Shown here: piece after piece, positions 53,101 to 64,000 of the stretch
Position numbering within the stretch: position 1 is the first letter of the stretch
Layout: the number at the start of each line of letters is the position of its first letter
DNA from: Malacoraja senta
Lineage: Eukaryota
Assembly: GCA_038087875.1 (NCBI GenBank)
Contig: CM075994.1
Location: forward strand, 11,038,001 to 11,102,000
Direction of reading: 5' to 3'
Length of the DNA: 64,000 nt
Made by a program: the position numbers and the translations under genes
The notes under the pieces: model-generated
Databases searched by the model: none
The model's input: the letters and a program-made list of their open reading frames with translations, nothing else
What the model was told of the DNA's origin: nothing

Positions 53101-53615
53101 TTCGATTTCATATTCCCTCTCTGTTTTTGACTTGATTTATCTAAGTACGGATCTAAAACACAGTTAAAGTCTCCTCCTATTATAACATTTTGATAGTTTG
53201 ACTCTGCAATTATGTTGAAAATTTTATTGAAAAAGTGGGGGTTATCAAAGTTAGGGGCATATATATTTACCAAAGTAAGTGGAGTATCATGGATTTCTCC
53301 ATTAACTTTTAGGTATCTCCCTTCTATATCTGTTATAATATTCTTTGCTTTAAATGGTATACCTTTTCTTATGATGATTGATGTGCCTCTAGACTTTGAA
53401 GTAAATGAAGAATGATATGTTTGACCTATCCATTTCGCCCTCAACCTAACTTGATCCTGAGATTTTAGGTGTGTTTCTTGTAGGAAGATAATGTCGGAGT
53501 TGTACAATTTCAGCTGAGCTAGTATTGTACCCCTTTTAATAGGTTCGTTAATACCTCTTATATTCCAACTACAAAATGAGATTCTTCCTAGGTTCTTTTG
53601 TGTGGTGTCATGCAT
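50109..53615 (-). CDS. L1 ORF2p (APE endonuclease + RT + CCHC), open but with an in-frame internal deletion
   Basis: SWNIRG, LQETH, GGDFN, SRIDY, SDHSP; LDAEKAFD, YADD; CDKC..HSFVSC. Lacks the GPDG..YR.I.LLN segment. Confidence 0.93.
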   Translation of the reverse strand: MHDTTQKNLGRISFCSWNIRGINEPIKRGTILAQLKLYNSDIIFLQETHLKSQDQVRLRAKWIGQTYHSSFTSKSRGTSIIIRKGIPFKAKNIITDIEGRYLKVNGEIHDTPLTLVNIYAPNFDNPHFFNKIFNIIAESNYQNVIIGGDFNCVLDPYLDKSSQKQRGNMKSKTGELLNTYINNTNIADVWRIVNPTGREYSFYSMVHKTYSRIDYFLLDTKLIPQTSNAIYHTNSISDHSPLTFFLKLEGLSKNKTFWRFNSQILKDPQASIYLKEQMEVFFQINDTPDISPTVLWESFKAYIRGIIISYQVFQNKKNKNEQRQLEELIRLMDIDNAKDPSIDKHNKIIILKFKLNKLLSAKLIRLFQITKQEHFEFGDKPHKLLARQLKKREKEHTIPKIKSDKGELLTTPKDINNRFAQFYENFYTSKTTIDSNNITKFLDTCNLPKLELKEQEELGAQISRLSKYISKLINPDQTRFIPKRYSSNNMRRLLNIMHSHKSEDEELSIISLDAEKAFDQVEWNYMDKVLQKFQLGVNFILWIKLLYNKPTARILTNIILSSKFQLSRGNRQGCSLSPQLFALIIEPLAEKNRIHPDIHGYNTKDSYNKISLYADDILLYITKSQITIPNILNLIEDFGSFSGYRINWNKSDIMSIKPKDSTHLLKFPFKIATEKFKYLGIEITRSYQGMFRANFDPLLNKLNTLIKFWKTLPMSLIGRINAIKMIFLPQILYLFQSIPIYLPKKFFKKLDSDITNFIWDYKSHRIQKTHLNKPKVLGGLALPNFMYYYWSVNIKNMIQLMDNSAQQADWIVMEKEDCSSRNIGAILLSPMKLNNINYNKNPNIHSTIRIWKQIKQNLKLRNLSLLLPIVNNPSFNPSIIDKAYTQWDRLGIKTLGDLYETGKLLSFQQLQIKYKLGNNQYFKYFQICDYLKKYTKDHHNNPADVLDEAMQIKAESANLISYLYNIILNAQIPSTEGIRRDWEQELAIKISKESWNEYLLHVHKCSINVRHTLIQFKILHRLYNSKTKIHKIFPNVSSICDKCQSQEATITHSFVSCTKIQKFWNDIFEIFTMLFKTRLIPKAEWIIFGIPEDGAELNVFQKKLMDYGLITGKKLILKFWKKAPIPTINMWISNMFETLHLEEIRLLLAGKPDHFHLTWSAFIELLQT

Positions 53616-54441
53616 TTTGAATAATTATAGTACCTTTAAATCTTGTGGTGCATCCAAATCCCAGGTCTTTAGGTATTGGGGGAGCTTTTGAGTTTTTAAG
53701 TTTTGCTGTTATGTCCATTTTACGCTTATCACTAAACACAAAACACAAACAAGTGATTTCATGTGATAAAAAAAAAACTAAAAAAGTGAAGATACAGTGT
53801 CTGATATAGTCGGCACTGTAGCGAGTGTCCCACCTGTAGGTGGGAAAAAACCTTGTTTTGACTTCCATTGCGTTGTTACACAAATAGCTCCGCTCTCTTG
53901 GTTAATCATAACATATTATAATATTAAAACGGGGCCTCACATTCAGATATATAATACACTTTTACCCTGTATGTTTCATTGTAACATATATATATATCGG
54001 AATTTTAATTACTGATTATTAAACCGATACTTTTGACTTCAATAAGAATCAACTGATGGTTGAAGGGGTTAACGAGACGTGCCCCTGGACCTAAGCCAGT
54101 TGCTCGTTTCTCATCCCCTCCTCCCACTTATAGATAAGGTTTCAGTTTATTAAAAATTCATATTAGTATGTTAGTTCGTTATTTTTTATTTTTGTTTTTA
54201 TTAGTATTCTAATCTAACAAGCATAACTTATTAAGTTGTTAATAGGATAAGTTCTTACAATTGGTTATAATATTATAATCTAATAAGCAATTATATGCTT
54301 TCTGGTATATACCATTGCCATCTGTTCAGTTGTTTACTCGTTTTGAACAAAAAGTGTCCTTGATTCAACATTCCGAAGATAACAGTGTAACTATCCCCAG
54401 ACAAAGCATTGCTTAAAATGGTTCAGATCTCCCTTTCCTTT

Positions 54442-55589
54442 CTATTTTTCAACGATAGTTTGAGCATATTTAAACGCTTCTTCAGGCTTAACAAATGACT
54501 TTTCAAGACCCTTAAAGGAAATACGCATTTTCGCGGGATAAAAAATCCCAAATCTGATCCCTTCTCTCCCTCTTAAAAGATCTTTAACCTTCTCAAATTT
54601 GTTTCTTTTTTGCACAATTTCATACGGGTAGTCCCTGAATATCTTAATAGTATCATTGTCCAGCCGCAGTTGCACACCGTATTTGATTTTACTCATAACA
54701 TCTTCCAGTTCTAAAATGTCCCGAAATTTCACAATAATATGTCGTGGATAAGTTTTTCCCGCACCAGATCTTTGTTTAAATCTTGGGACACGATGAGCCA
54801 CTTCGATTTTCGGTTCTTTGGAAAGATTCAGCAGTTGTTTAAGCAAGCCCATGGCAAACTCACGTACATCCTCCCCTTCGGCTCCCTCTGAAACTCCAAG
54901 AATTCTCAAATTCTGGCGTCTAGAGCGAGCTTCCAGGTCCAGGCATTTGACTGAGACTTTCTCCAGTTGAGTCACCATCTGTAGTGAAGTTTGTTCGTTT
55001 TCTCGCCTCATTTGCTCATGTTCTTGCCTCATTTTCGCCATGTCTTTAACCATTCGAGCCGTGTTTTTCTCCAATTCCGTAATTGTGCGCATACTTGCAG
55101 CTACTGTTTCAAGCACAGCCGTGAACTTATCCGTATTAGTTTGATCCATCTTGCCCATTCTCTCTGATAGTCCATCTTTCACCTCATCAATTCGTTTATT
55201 CATAATGTCCAGTGAATCAATCATATTCTTCTGGTTACCAGCATTTAATTCCCTCATCATCTTCTCCATTCCTTCCATCATTTTTGCCATATTTCCTTCA
55301 TTTCCTTCTTATCTTCCTTCATATTTTCTTTCATTTCCTTTTTATCTTCCTTCATATTTTCCTTCATATTTTCCATCATAATTTTATTTTCATCCAAAAT
55401 CTCATCTTTCATATTTTTCACTGATTTCTTCAAGTCATCAAACTCTTTCTTAGATCTTGTATCCATTTCTGCAGCCACTTCAGAGACTTCAGAGACTTCA
55501 GAGGTAACTTCTGCTTCAGATTTCTTCTGGTCTTTCAGCAGCTTTTTCACTGTTCTCTGAGGGCTCACAGCTGGAGACAGTTTTCTCAT
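54442..55589 (-). CDS. L1 ORF1p (coiled coil + RRM + CTD), split by a 1-nt frameshift near 55292
   Basis: DLEARSRRQNLRILGV, AHRV, PRHIIVKF and YPAKMRI. N-terminal ENMKEDKKEMK repeats lie in the upstream frame. Confidence 0.88.
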
Positions 55590-56454
55590 TTAAAGGGCTT
55601 CAAACCACCGTTTAAAACATCGCGCTTAGTGATGACGTCATCAGCGCGGCGACCAGAAGCTCCGGTAAGGTTTTTAAAAACAATCCCGATTTTTGGACCC
55701 GTTTTACACGATAAATCGTGAAATTTTTCGGGAGAGGAGCTAGGTGCACGTCTGTTAGTCCAACATGGCGCCACCGGAAGTCGACCGCGAGGAAAATTAA
55801 CTGAGCCTGCAGCTGAATATCGAACAGATAGAAAGCTTGACGGAACATTGCACGTTAATTTTATCCCAAGATGTGAGAAGTGAGAAATTTTGCGAAAGCA
55901 AATACTTGTGGGTAAAGAAGGCAAATGCATTGCGGCAAGGGTTGCCGAGAAATGGGAAAACAGGGACGAACTGATACAGTTATATGAAATTCTAAGAGGC
56001 ACGTGCAGAATTGAAAGGCAAAAAGAAGAGGAACTGTGTTTAAGGTTGGATGATATCGTTGTTAAAAGTTTACATCAGCTCAGTGGGAAGGAACATCATT
56101 TACATTTTCAGTTACCCTTGGCGTCCGTCAGGCCACAAAACGTTATTTTTAAATTCCGTCTATCTTTAATTCCGCCCGGTTTATAATAAACCATATTATA
56201 CTGACTTGAACGATTTTCTGTTACTGATGACAGACAATGGACTTCAAACTAAGTTGTCGTCATAAATGGGATGAGTAAATGTAAACAAATATGCTATTTC
56301 AATGACCGTACATTATATTTCAAAAATATCACTTTGGTTTAGTATTGGTTCATGGAAACTAAATAGGGAAACAAAATCCCAAGAAATTGTGGAAAGGGAT
56401 ACCACGACAAATCCTATTACATGTTACAGATATATATGTGTGCGTCGCAAATTA

Positions 56455-57401
56455 TCACTTGATTACATATTTGGATAAAGTTAGTTTTGTGTTCAAACGT
56501 TTGAATATATTAGCAATGGCAAGGAAGGGACGTGAAATTACATTCTTCAGTTCCTCTCTGAAGTGTCTCTGAGAAACTGCATAAATGAAAGTGTTTGTGC
56601 AAGTACTCATACACCTCAGCATAAAGCCACTTCTTTCCACAATGGTGAACGAGTCGATGTAATCTGTTTCCATAAATTGAAAATCTGTAAACTGTACACA
56701 GATGAAGAACACAAGGTTTACCATCCATAAGAAAATAAAGTTGCCAGATATTGCAACGAGTAAAATGATCGATTTCCTTCTGTTCTCAGTCTCTTGATCA
56801 GTCTGACACGCCTCTCTATTACTCCCTCGGAGCTTGCTCCTGACTCTGTTGGCCATGATAATATGCTTTATGGTCAAGGTATTAAGCAGAAGAATCAACA
56901 CAAATGGCGCAAATGGGGTTAAGAGTGTTTCAAACCATAAATACACGACCCAGGTGGGTAATGTGTAGAAACTTGATTTTACATAACAGGACCATGGTAC
57001 ATCATTAATTACTTTGCGTGGTTCAAATATAAAGTAGAGTGGAATATTTTCTAAAATACTCAACATAAACACCGCTGTTATTACTTTCAATGCCGTCTGC
57101 ATGGTACAATATTTTGAACGCAACGACTGGCAACATATAGCAACAAATCGATCGAATGTAAAAGTGACAGTCAGCCAGACGGAACAATCGAGCGAAATAT
57201 AACTCAGTGTAATAACAAAACGGCAAATGGGCGTGTAATTGAGGAATGAATGCGGAAAATATGCCTCTTTAATCTCATAGAGTATTACATTGGAAACCAG
57301 TACCATTAGATCAGCTACCGCCATTGATTTCAGATACTGGATGACACATGTAGTGAGGCCGCACTTTCCAGACGACAGGATAAGGATTGCCACCAAATTT
57401 G
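56455..57401 (-). CDS. GPR139/GPR142-like GPCR, copy B, exon 2
   Basis: Open 947-nt exon with the same acceptor. FTFDRFVAIC and TNTFIY. Confidence 0.93.
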
Positions 57402-60400
57402 CTGCAACCAAAAGAAGAAAATTGAATTACGAACGAGCAATAACCCGCGAAATATATATTCATTTGCTTCAATTTGTCATGCGTGTACGAGTTTTTCTTG
57501 CCTATAACACTTTGGAATAGCAAACTATATTACACAGGTTTACGGTTGGACCCCTTTTAATTCTCAGACTTCTCATAAAGTGAACACACTGTTGCGCTTT
57601 GTTGTTATCGCATCTCCGTGAAGGGACCAGCTATTGTGTTGGTGATATTAATGCCACATAACACGAAATATTGATCACATATAGAGATGAGATGGGGCGG
57701 TGTTTGTCCTCTCCGCTTCCTTTAGTTCACACGCAACTGTGTCGCCGAGATGTTAACGGCTAGATAGTGTCCTGACTTAATGACACTATGTACCGGATTT
57801 CCTTCCTCTATTTCGTCTCATCATTCTTGTCGAAGTGCCCGTCAACAGTGGCATCATCGGCATACATAAACACCGAGTTACCGTTGTACGTGGTCAAACA
57901 CACATGGGTGTATTTGGAGTAGAGCATGGACTGAGCACACAGCTCCGAGCAGTAGCAGTATTGTGGGCTATCCTTGTGGAGACGGTAAAACCAATTCCAC
58001 GTGATAGGAGCCTGCCTGGCCTGAAGTCCAAAGCCCATTTGCAGCTGGATACCCGTCGGCCAAGGATGTTTAGAGATGCTTATTAATTTCAGATTTGATT
58101 TGTCACGTGTTTGGCACTCATGTTACCTTAGTTTATCTCGTGGAAACCGCGCCTCCCCACTGATAATCACACAGATTTAATTTTCGCAGCTTATCTGCAA
58201 ATGTGACATTTAGAGCTCACAGCAGCATGTACATTGTTGCCCCCCTCTGCATACACACTTCTCACATTCCTCATTCTGTGCCTCTACTGTAATAAATTAG
58301 CAGGGGGCAATCATTAACATTTTCATGGCAACCTGCTGTCCATTTCTCTCCCCTTAGAGTCCACGTACACACATTAATTTCCGATATGGCTGACCAAGCA
58401 GGCTGACGTCTGATATCCGCTACAGAGGCTGTGCGGCGGATGCGATTCACACATGAATTCGGCACACATATCATGGACCGAGGTCCAGACTTTCGAAAAG
58501 CCAGATAACCTTTGATACTTAACATTTATCGCCAGTTTCATTTGTGAAACATCTCCAATGGCTCAAGGCAAGCTAGAAAATATTGGAATTGATTTAACAC
58601 ACTAAATAATGAAACACTTCAGCATTAAAACAACCGATTTAATTTAAACATCTGAAGCATCTTCCAAAGAATTCAAACTTACTGAGAAATGGAAGGGCAA
58701 TCACTTGCTTTAATTACTACCGCCACGTCGACCAGGACCATATTCAAATGATTTTGTCACGCTACCTTTTGTTATCTGCCGTCACGGCATTAAATTGGTT
58801 GCGGACACAAATTGTGCTCATACTCACTATACGCAGTTCCAATTCTAAACACACGTGTGCTTCCGATACGGTGGTGAACGACAGAAAGGCCGGCATCAGT
58901 CCGCCAGCTCCCCTCGGTGGTGTCTTGGCGCTTTGAAATTCAGTCAATCACAGATGGTAGACCGTTGCTCCAGAGCCAAGAAAAACCGGGCAACACAACT
59001 CAACGGCAGAGGCACAACCTGTCGATAAGTTCACTGCTTCAACCGTCATGATCGGCTTTCAACACAAGTACATCCCGACCCGCTCTACTGACTGACAGGT
59101 TGGCATTTTCCTGCTAAAAATGTGCAGTTTGCAAACCGCTAAATGCGTGGGATCGTTGTCTATCCTACAAGACGAATTCATTGGGAAACATAAATGTAAG
59201 ACCCATGCGCTAGAAGTATGCGTGCGCAACCCCGGAATAACCCTGTTGGCCGTGTGACAATACGTGTTGAAGGGCTCCAGGAAGAGGTTGAATTCCGGTT
59301 TGATAATCTCGAACACTTGCAAATATGTAACCATTTAAAGAAGCAACACGATGCAATTTCTCGAGCTGTGACTGCTGTAGGTCTGATGGGTTAAATGCGA
59401 ACATACGACATCTCAGCTCAATAATGTCTAGGTACCGCATCTAATACACTTTTGGTGATAAGCAACATCATAACTAAAGAGAGAGCGTGCTCTTGGAAGT
59501 GATTAGGCGTAGTCTCGACCCAAACTACTAAACTTGGAGCATGCCATAATCTCCGCTACACAACCCATCGCAGTTTGCAGATGGATCCTCAACACTTTAA
59601 TCACCGGCGATAAGAACAAAAATATTAGCGATTAAATCTGGCAAAACAGTCTAAAAGCAACAGGTGACCCAAAACGTCACCCATTCCTTCTCTCCAGAGA
59701 TGCTGCCTGTCCCGCTGAGTTACTCCAGCATTTTGTGTATAAAAGCAATAAGTGTTTTACCTTTCTTCTGAATGTCTGCTGAATATAAAATTAAATCTTC
59801 CTGAAATGCAACGGCGAATTTTATTTTTCCTGCTGTCAAATCTAGGTCACATCAGGACCATTAGACAGTTTCACTTTGTGCAACTTGTATTTAAATGTTA
59901 CAATGCTTTAAAAGAAACCACGTTGCTCAGCCTTAGTAAACCGTGAGCTAATTTAGCTGAGCATTCACAATGGAAATAAAAAGACGTGTGTTTTATGGAA
60001 ACTCACCGACAGCATCCCTCGACTTGCATGTTTTATTTCGCGGTAAGTTATCAGACAGATGAGGCACCTGCGATCATAACATGCGCACGGACTCGCACAC
60101 ATGACTGACATTCTTTAGCGAGAGTTACAGAATACAGAGAACAGCATCCATCAAACCGTTTTTTTTTTAATTTCGGCCGTGAAGTCTAAAGTTAAAATCA
60201 GTTATGATCGATAATGCTCAGCAGCAAGCCGCCGTACGTTTACTTGTTCTTCGTATAATGAAGCTATGCAAAATCAACTGCATGGAATGAAAATAGAAAG
60301 AGCTTGAAACATCGCGTTTATATGCAGACCCCTCTTTGGATGCGTTGAATCGGCCATTGTTCAGGTGGACTGTGTATGAGGTGGAGAAGGAGGGCTTGTT

Positions 60401-60685
60401 GTGTCCAGTGGGCTTGACTAATATAAAATATATAGAATATTATATTACTTATAAAACGTTTATATATAATTTTACGGTCAGAGAAATTCAATCATTTTTC
60501 CAGATGATTTTTAGATCCAGTACACAAGTGAGATCAGCACGATACTTTGTTTTTGACAGCACTTTGTTTGCAATAATAATTTCATAGAAATCTGTAATGT
60601 TTTCAGATATGTTTGCCATGATGTTCAATATCGTCTGTCAATCACATCAACGTACATCTGTAAAACCATTCTCTGGCTCACCTAC

Positions 60686-60755
60686 CTGGGACTCCAATGA
60701 TTGCAAGAATAGGATAGTAAATACTCTCGGTGGTCGGGAGTGCATGCCTGTTCAT
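60686..60755 (-). CDS. GPCR copy B, coding exon 1 (MNRHALPTTESIYYPILAIIGVP+G)
   Basis: ATG at 60755, donor CCAG|GTAGGT, 70 nt. Confidence 0.9.
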
Positions 60756-61236
60756 ATTTAGTTGGAAGATGCCTTTCTAGTCAGTTCAATAGGCTCACGG
60801 ATCTCCCGATTTCAAAGTTAGCTCGTACTTATACTTTACAGAAACCTCAAGGGTGGAATCAACACGCTATGAGATTGGTATTATTCAATCACGATCACGT
60901 TAATTAGGTTGTTTGTTTCATGCCCTTCATCACTGTTAAAATAGTAGTCTGTAGAGACATGTTTCTGCTGTTGAAATCGTCAATACATCAAACATCGGTT
61001 ATCAGCTTAAATATTTTTGTAAACGCTTTAATGCGGTTTCTTTTGAATTTTCTCCATTAGCTGCACCAACAAATTGCAATATGCACACTCTCTTATGTTT
61101 TACAAGTATCATGTGCAATTAAAATCTGAGGAGATATCTATGATTATGCGAACAATCAAATTTACCGAGACTCTGAATGAGTTTGAAGATGTGACAGAAA
61201 TATTGCACAACACATAACAAAAAAGTGGCTGTTTAG

Positions 61237-62178
61237 GCAATAGACAATAGGTGCATGAGTAGGCCATTCGTCCCTTCGAGCCAGCAACGCCATTTAATGT
61301 GATCATGGCTGATCATCCACAATCAGTACCCCGTTCCTGCCTTCTCCCCATATCCCCTAACTCCGCTATCTTTAAGAACCCTATCTAGCTCTCTGTTGAA
61401 AGTATCCAGAAAACCGGCTTCCACACACTCACAACTCTCCGTGTGAAATAATTGTTTCCTTATCTCCGTTCTAAACTGCTTACCCCTTATTCTTAAACAG
61501 TGCCCCCCTGGTTCTGGAGTCCCCCAACATCGGGAATATGTTTCCTGCCTCTAGCGTGTCCAAACCCTTAATAATCTTATATGTTTCAATAAGATCCCCT
61601 CTCACCCGTCTAAATTCCAGAATATACAAGCCCAGCCGTTCCATTCTCTTAGCATATGACAGTCCCACCATCCCGGGAATTAATCCTGTGAACCTACGCT
61701 ACACTCCCTCAATAGCAAGATTGTCGTTCCTCAAATTTGGAGATCAAAACATCACACAATACTCAGGTGTGATCTCACTAGGGGCCTGTACAACTGCAGA
61801 AGGACCTATCTGCTCCTATACTCGACTCCTCTTGTATGAAGGCCAACATGCCATTCGCATTCTTCACTGCCTGCTGCACCTGCGTGCTTACTTTCATTGA
61901 CTGATGAACAAGGACCTCGGGATCCCGTTGTACTTCCAGTTTTCACAATATGACATCATTTAGAGAATAATCTGCCTTCCTATTTTGCTACCAATGAAGG
62001 ATAATGTATTTATCCAAATTAAACTGCATCTGCGATGCCATCTGCCCACTCAACCAACCTGTCCAAGTCACCCTCCATTCTCATAGCATCCTCCTCACAG
62101 TTCACACTGCCACCCAGCTTTGTGTCATGTGCAAATTTGCTAATGTTACCTGTAATCCATTCATCTGAATTAATAATA
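61237..62178 (-). mobile_element. CR1 3' part, copy B
   Basis: Paralogue of 16547..17306. Retains ~185 bp (61695..61880) that A lacks. Confidence 0.88.
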
Positions 62179-63440
62179 TCTGTCATTATACTAAAAGTCT
62201 CATCTTGACCATTTCCTCTCTGTAGTTAATTGATTTTTAGAAAAAACGGTACCCTATATCGCTATGAATTTTGCCATCTTACTCACAGTCCTCCTCCACT
62301 GCAGCAGCCCCAAAGATTTTTCCGATCGCTGAAAAATAAAAAAATATGAATGTTTAAAAAATCGTGAGATTAGCTGATTGGTCCTCTCACCATGGTGAAG
62401 GCAACGCCCCTTCCGGGGGGCGGGAGTATTTAGCCCCGGATGCCGGACGTGAGTCACTCACTCTGGAAAATTGTGAGGGAGAGTCCCTAACTGTGATTCT
62501 AAGCTGTGATTCAACTGAACTGAGAGTCTGCAATGTATTGGCAATAAATAATTTGTTAGCCCAAAGTGAAAATGTAATGAGTTGTTTGGCCAGCCCTGTG
62601 CTTGAAACTGCAATGGAAATGGAAATTAAATGAAAATGCAATGAGTAATTTAGCCAGCCCTGTGCTTGAAACTTCAATGGAAATGGAAATGAAATGAAAA
62701 TGCAATGACTTGTTTGACCTGCCCTGTCTTTTTGCTTTTGCTTTGCTTGACCTGAAATGAAAGCAAATGGATTGTATTGTTGGCTGGCACCGCCTTCCCT
62801 GTGCTTTTGCTTTTGCTTTGCCTTTGCTTTGCTTGGCCTGAAATGAAAGCAAATTGATTGCATTGTTGGCTGGCCCCGTCTGCCCTGTGCTTTTGATTTG
62901 CTTTGCCTTTGTTTTGCTTGACCTTAAATGAAAGCAAAATGATTGTATTGTTGACTGGCCCCGCCTGCCCTGTGCTTTTTCGTTTGCTTTGCCTTTGCTT
63001 TGCTTGACCTTAAATGAAAGCAAATGGATTGTATTGTTGGCCCCGCCTGCCCCGTGCTTGGCTTGGCTTTACTTGACTTGGCTTGGCTTGACTTGGTTTG
63101 ACTTGGATTGACTTGGATTGACCTGGATTGACTTGACTTGACTTGACTTGAAATGGATTGACCTGACTTGACTTGACTTGACTTGAAATCTATTTAATTG
63201 ACTTGACTTGACTTGAAATGGATAGACCTGACTTGACTTGTCTTGACTTGACTTTAAATCGATTGACTTGACTTGACTTGAAAGGGATTGACTTAACTTG
63301 ACTTGACTTGATATGCTTTGCTTGACCTGAAATGATAGCAAATGGATTGTATTGTTGGCTGGCCCCGCCTGCCATGTGATTTTGCTTTTGCTTTGTCTTT
63401 GCTTTGCTTGACCTGAAACGAAAGCAAATGGATTGTATTG
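62179..63440 (+). mobile_element. Helitron-like element, copy B (5' part)
   Basis: Same A|TC junction and internal satellites as 17307. Confidence 0.85.
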
Positions 63441-64000
63441 ATTGATTGATTTTTTACTTTATTAATCCCCTTATTCAGGGGAAATTCTGATGTCCTTGCA
63501 GCACACTAATAAAAATACAACATAGCATTAAGAAGTTTAACATTAAACATAAAAACATCCCCCCACAATGGTTCCCACTGTGGGGGAAGGCACAAAGTCC
63601 AGTCCCCATCCCCATGTCCACCCATAGTCGGGCCTATTGAGGCCTCCACGGTCGCCACTACGGAGGCTCGATGTTCCTGGCCGTTCTCGCCGGGTGATGG
63701 TACTCCGGCGTCGGGAGAACCCTCTCAGCGGCTTGGGGTGCCAGGAACGGCCGCCTTCTTACTGGAGACCGCGGCTTTCAAGCCAACAGGCCGCTCTGGA
63801 CGGAGCTGCACATACTGGCGATCTCGGCGAAAGATCCCAGGCCCCGCGATGTTAAAGTCAGCGCCCCCACCCGCAGCTGGCCGCTCCACAGACCCGCGAT
63901 GTTTTTATCGGCGGTCCCCGCAGCTGGCCGCTCCACAGACCCGCGATGTATTTATCGGCGGTCCCCGCAGCTGGCCGCTCCACAGACCCGCGGCTCCGCG
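63441..64000 (-). mobile_element. GC-rich retroelement 3' end inserted in the copy-B Helitron, with a 47-bp tandem repeat (63871..63990)
   Basis: (ATTG)n tail, then TTTATTAATCCCC..GGGGAAATT. Repeat units start at 63871, 63918 and 63965. Absent in copy A. Confidence 0.7.

Larger units (their letters stand above)
49738..55782 (-). mobile_element. Full-length L1 retrotransposon (5' UTR, ORF1, long spacer, ORF2, 3' UTR), copy B only
   Basis: Starts GACTTCCGGTGGCGCCATGTTGG and ends CTTCTAATAAAATA. Absent in copy A (site 5647/5676). Confidence 0.96.
44123..63440 (+). repeat. Segmental duplication, copy B (visible homology stops at 63440, where a new retroelement tail begins)
   Basis: Same order of Rex, CR1, Penelope, GPCR and Helitron segments as copy A. 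Confidence 0.97.

Noticed and set aside
55278..55300. Programmed ribosomal frameshift in L1 ORF1
   Set aside because: Explained by a single missing A relative to neighbouring repeat units (mutation or sequencing error).

Overview
Repeat-rich vertebrate genomic DNA. The HE1-type V-SINE, CR1/HER1-like LINEs, Penelope-type short repeats and GPR139-like receptor paralogues point to a cartilaginous fish, possibly a skate or ray (inference). The window holds a direct segmental duplication: copy A is 1..~19440 and copy B is ~44123..63440. Each copy carries an intact two-exon class A GPCR gene on the minus strand (338 aa, GPR139/GPR142-like). A 70-nt coding exon 1 that the ORF track misses splices in phase 1 onto a 947-nt exon 2. 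A third, more distant paralogue is a frameshifted pseudogene on the plus strand (~39309..40202). The two intact receptors differ at about 37 residues, mostly on the extracellular side, and share an identical intracellular block. Copy-specific insertions are a full-length DIRS1-type tyrosine-recombinase retrotransposon (A only) and a full-length L1 with a target-site deletion (B only). Both copies share a satellite-filled non-autonomous Helitron. Between the copies, a 5'-truncated L1 carrying an apparent ~630-bp 3' transduction sits inside a CR1 element, bounded by a 15-bp TSD. All counts are by hand; no database searches were run.
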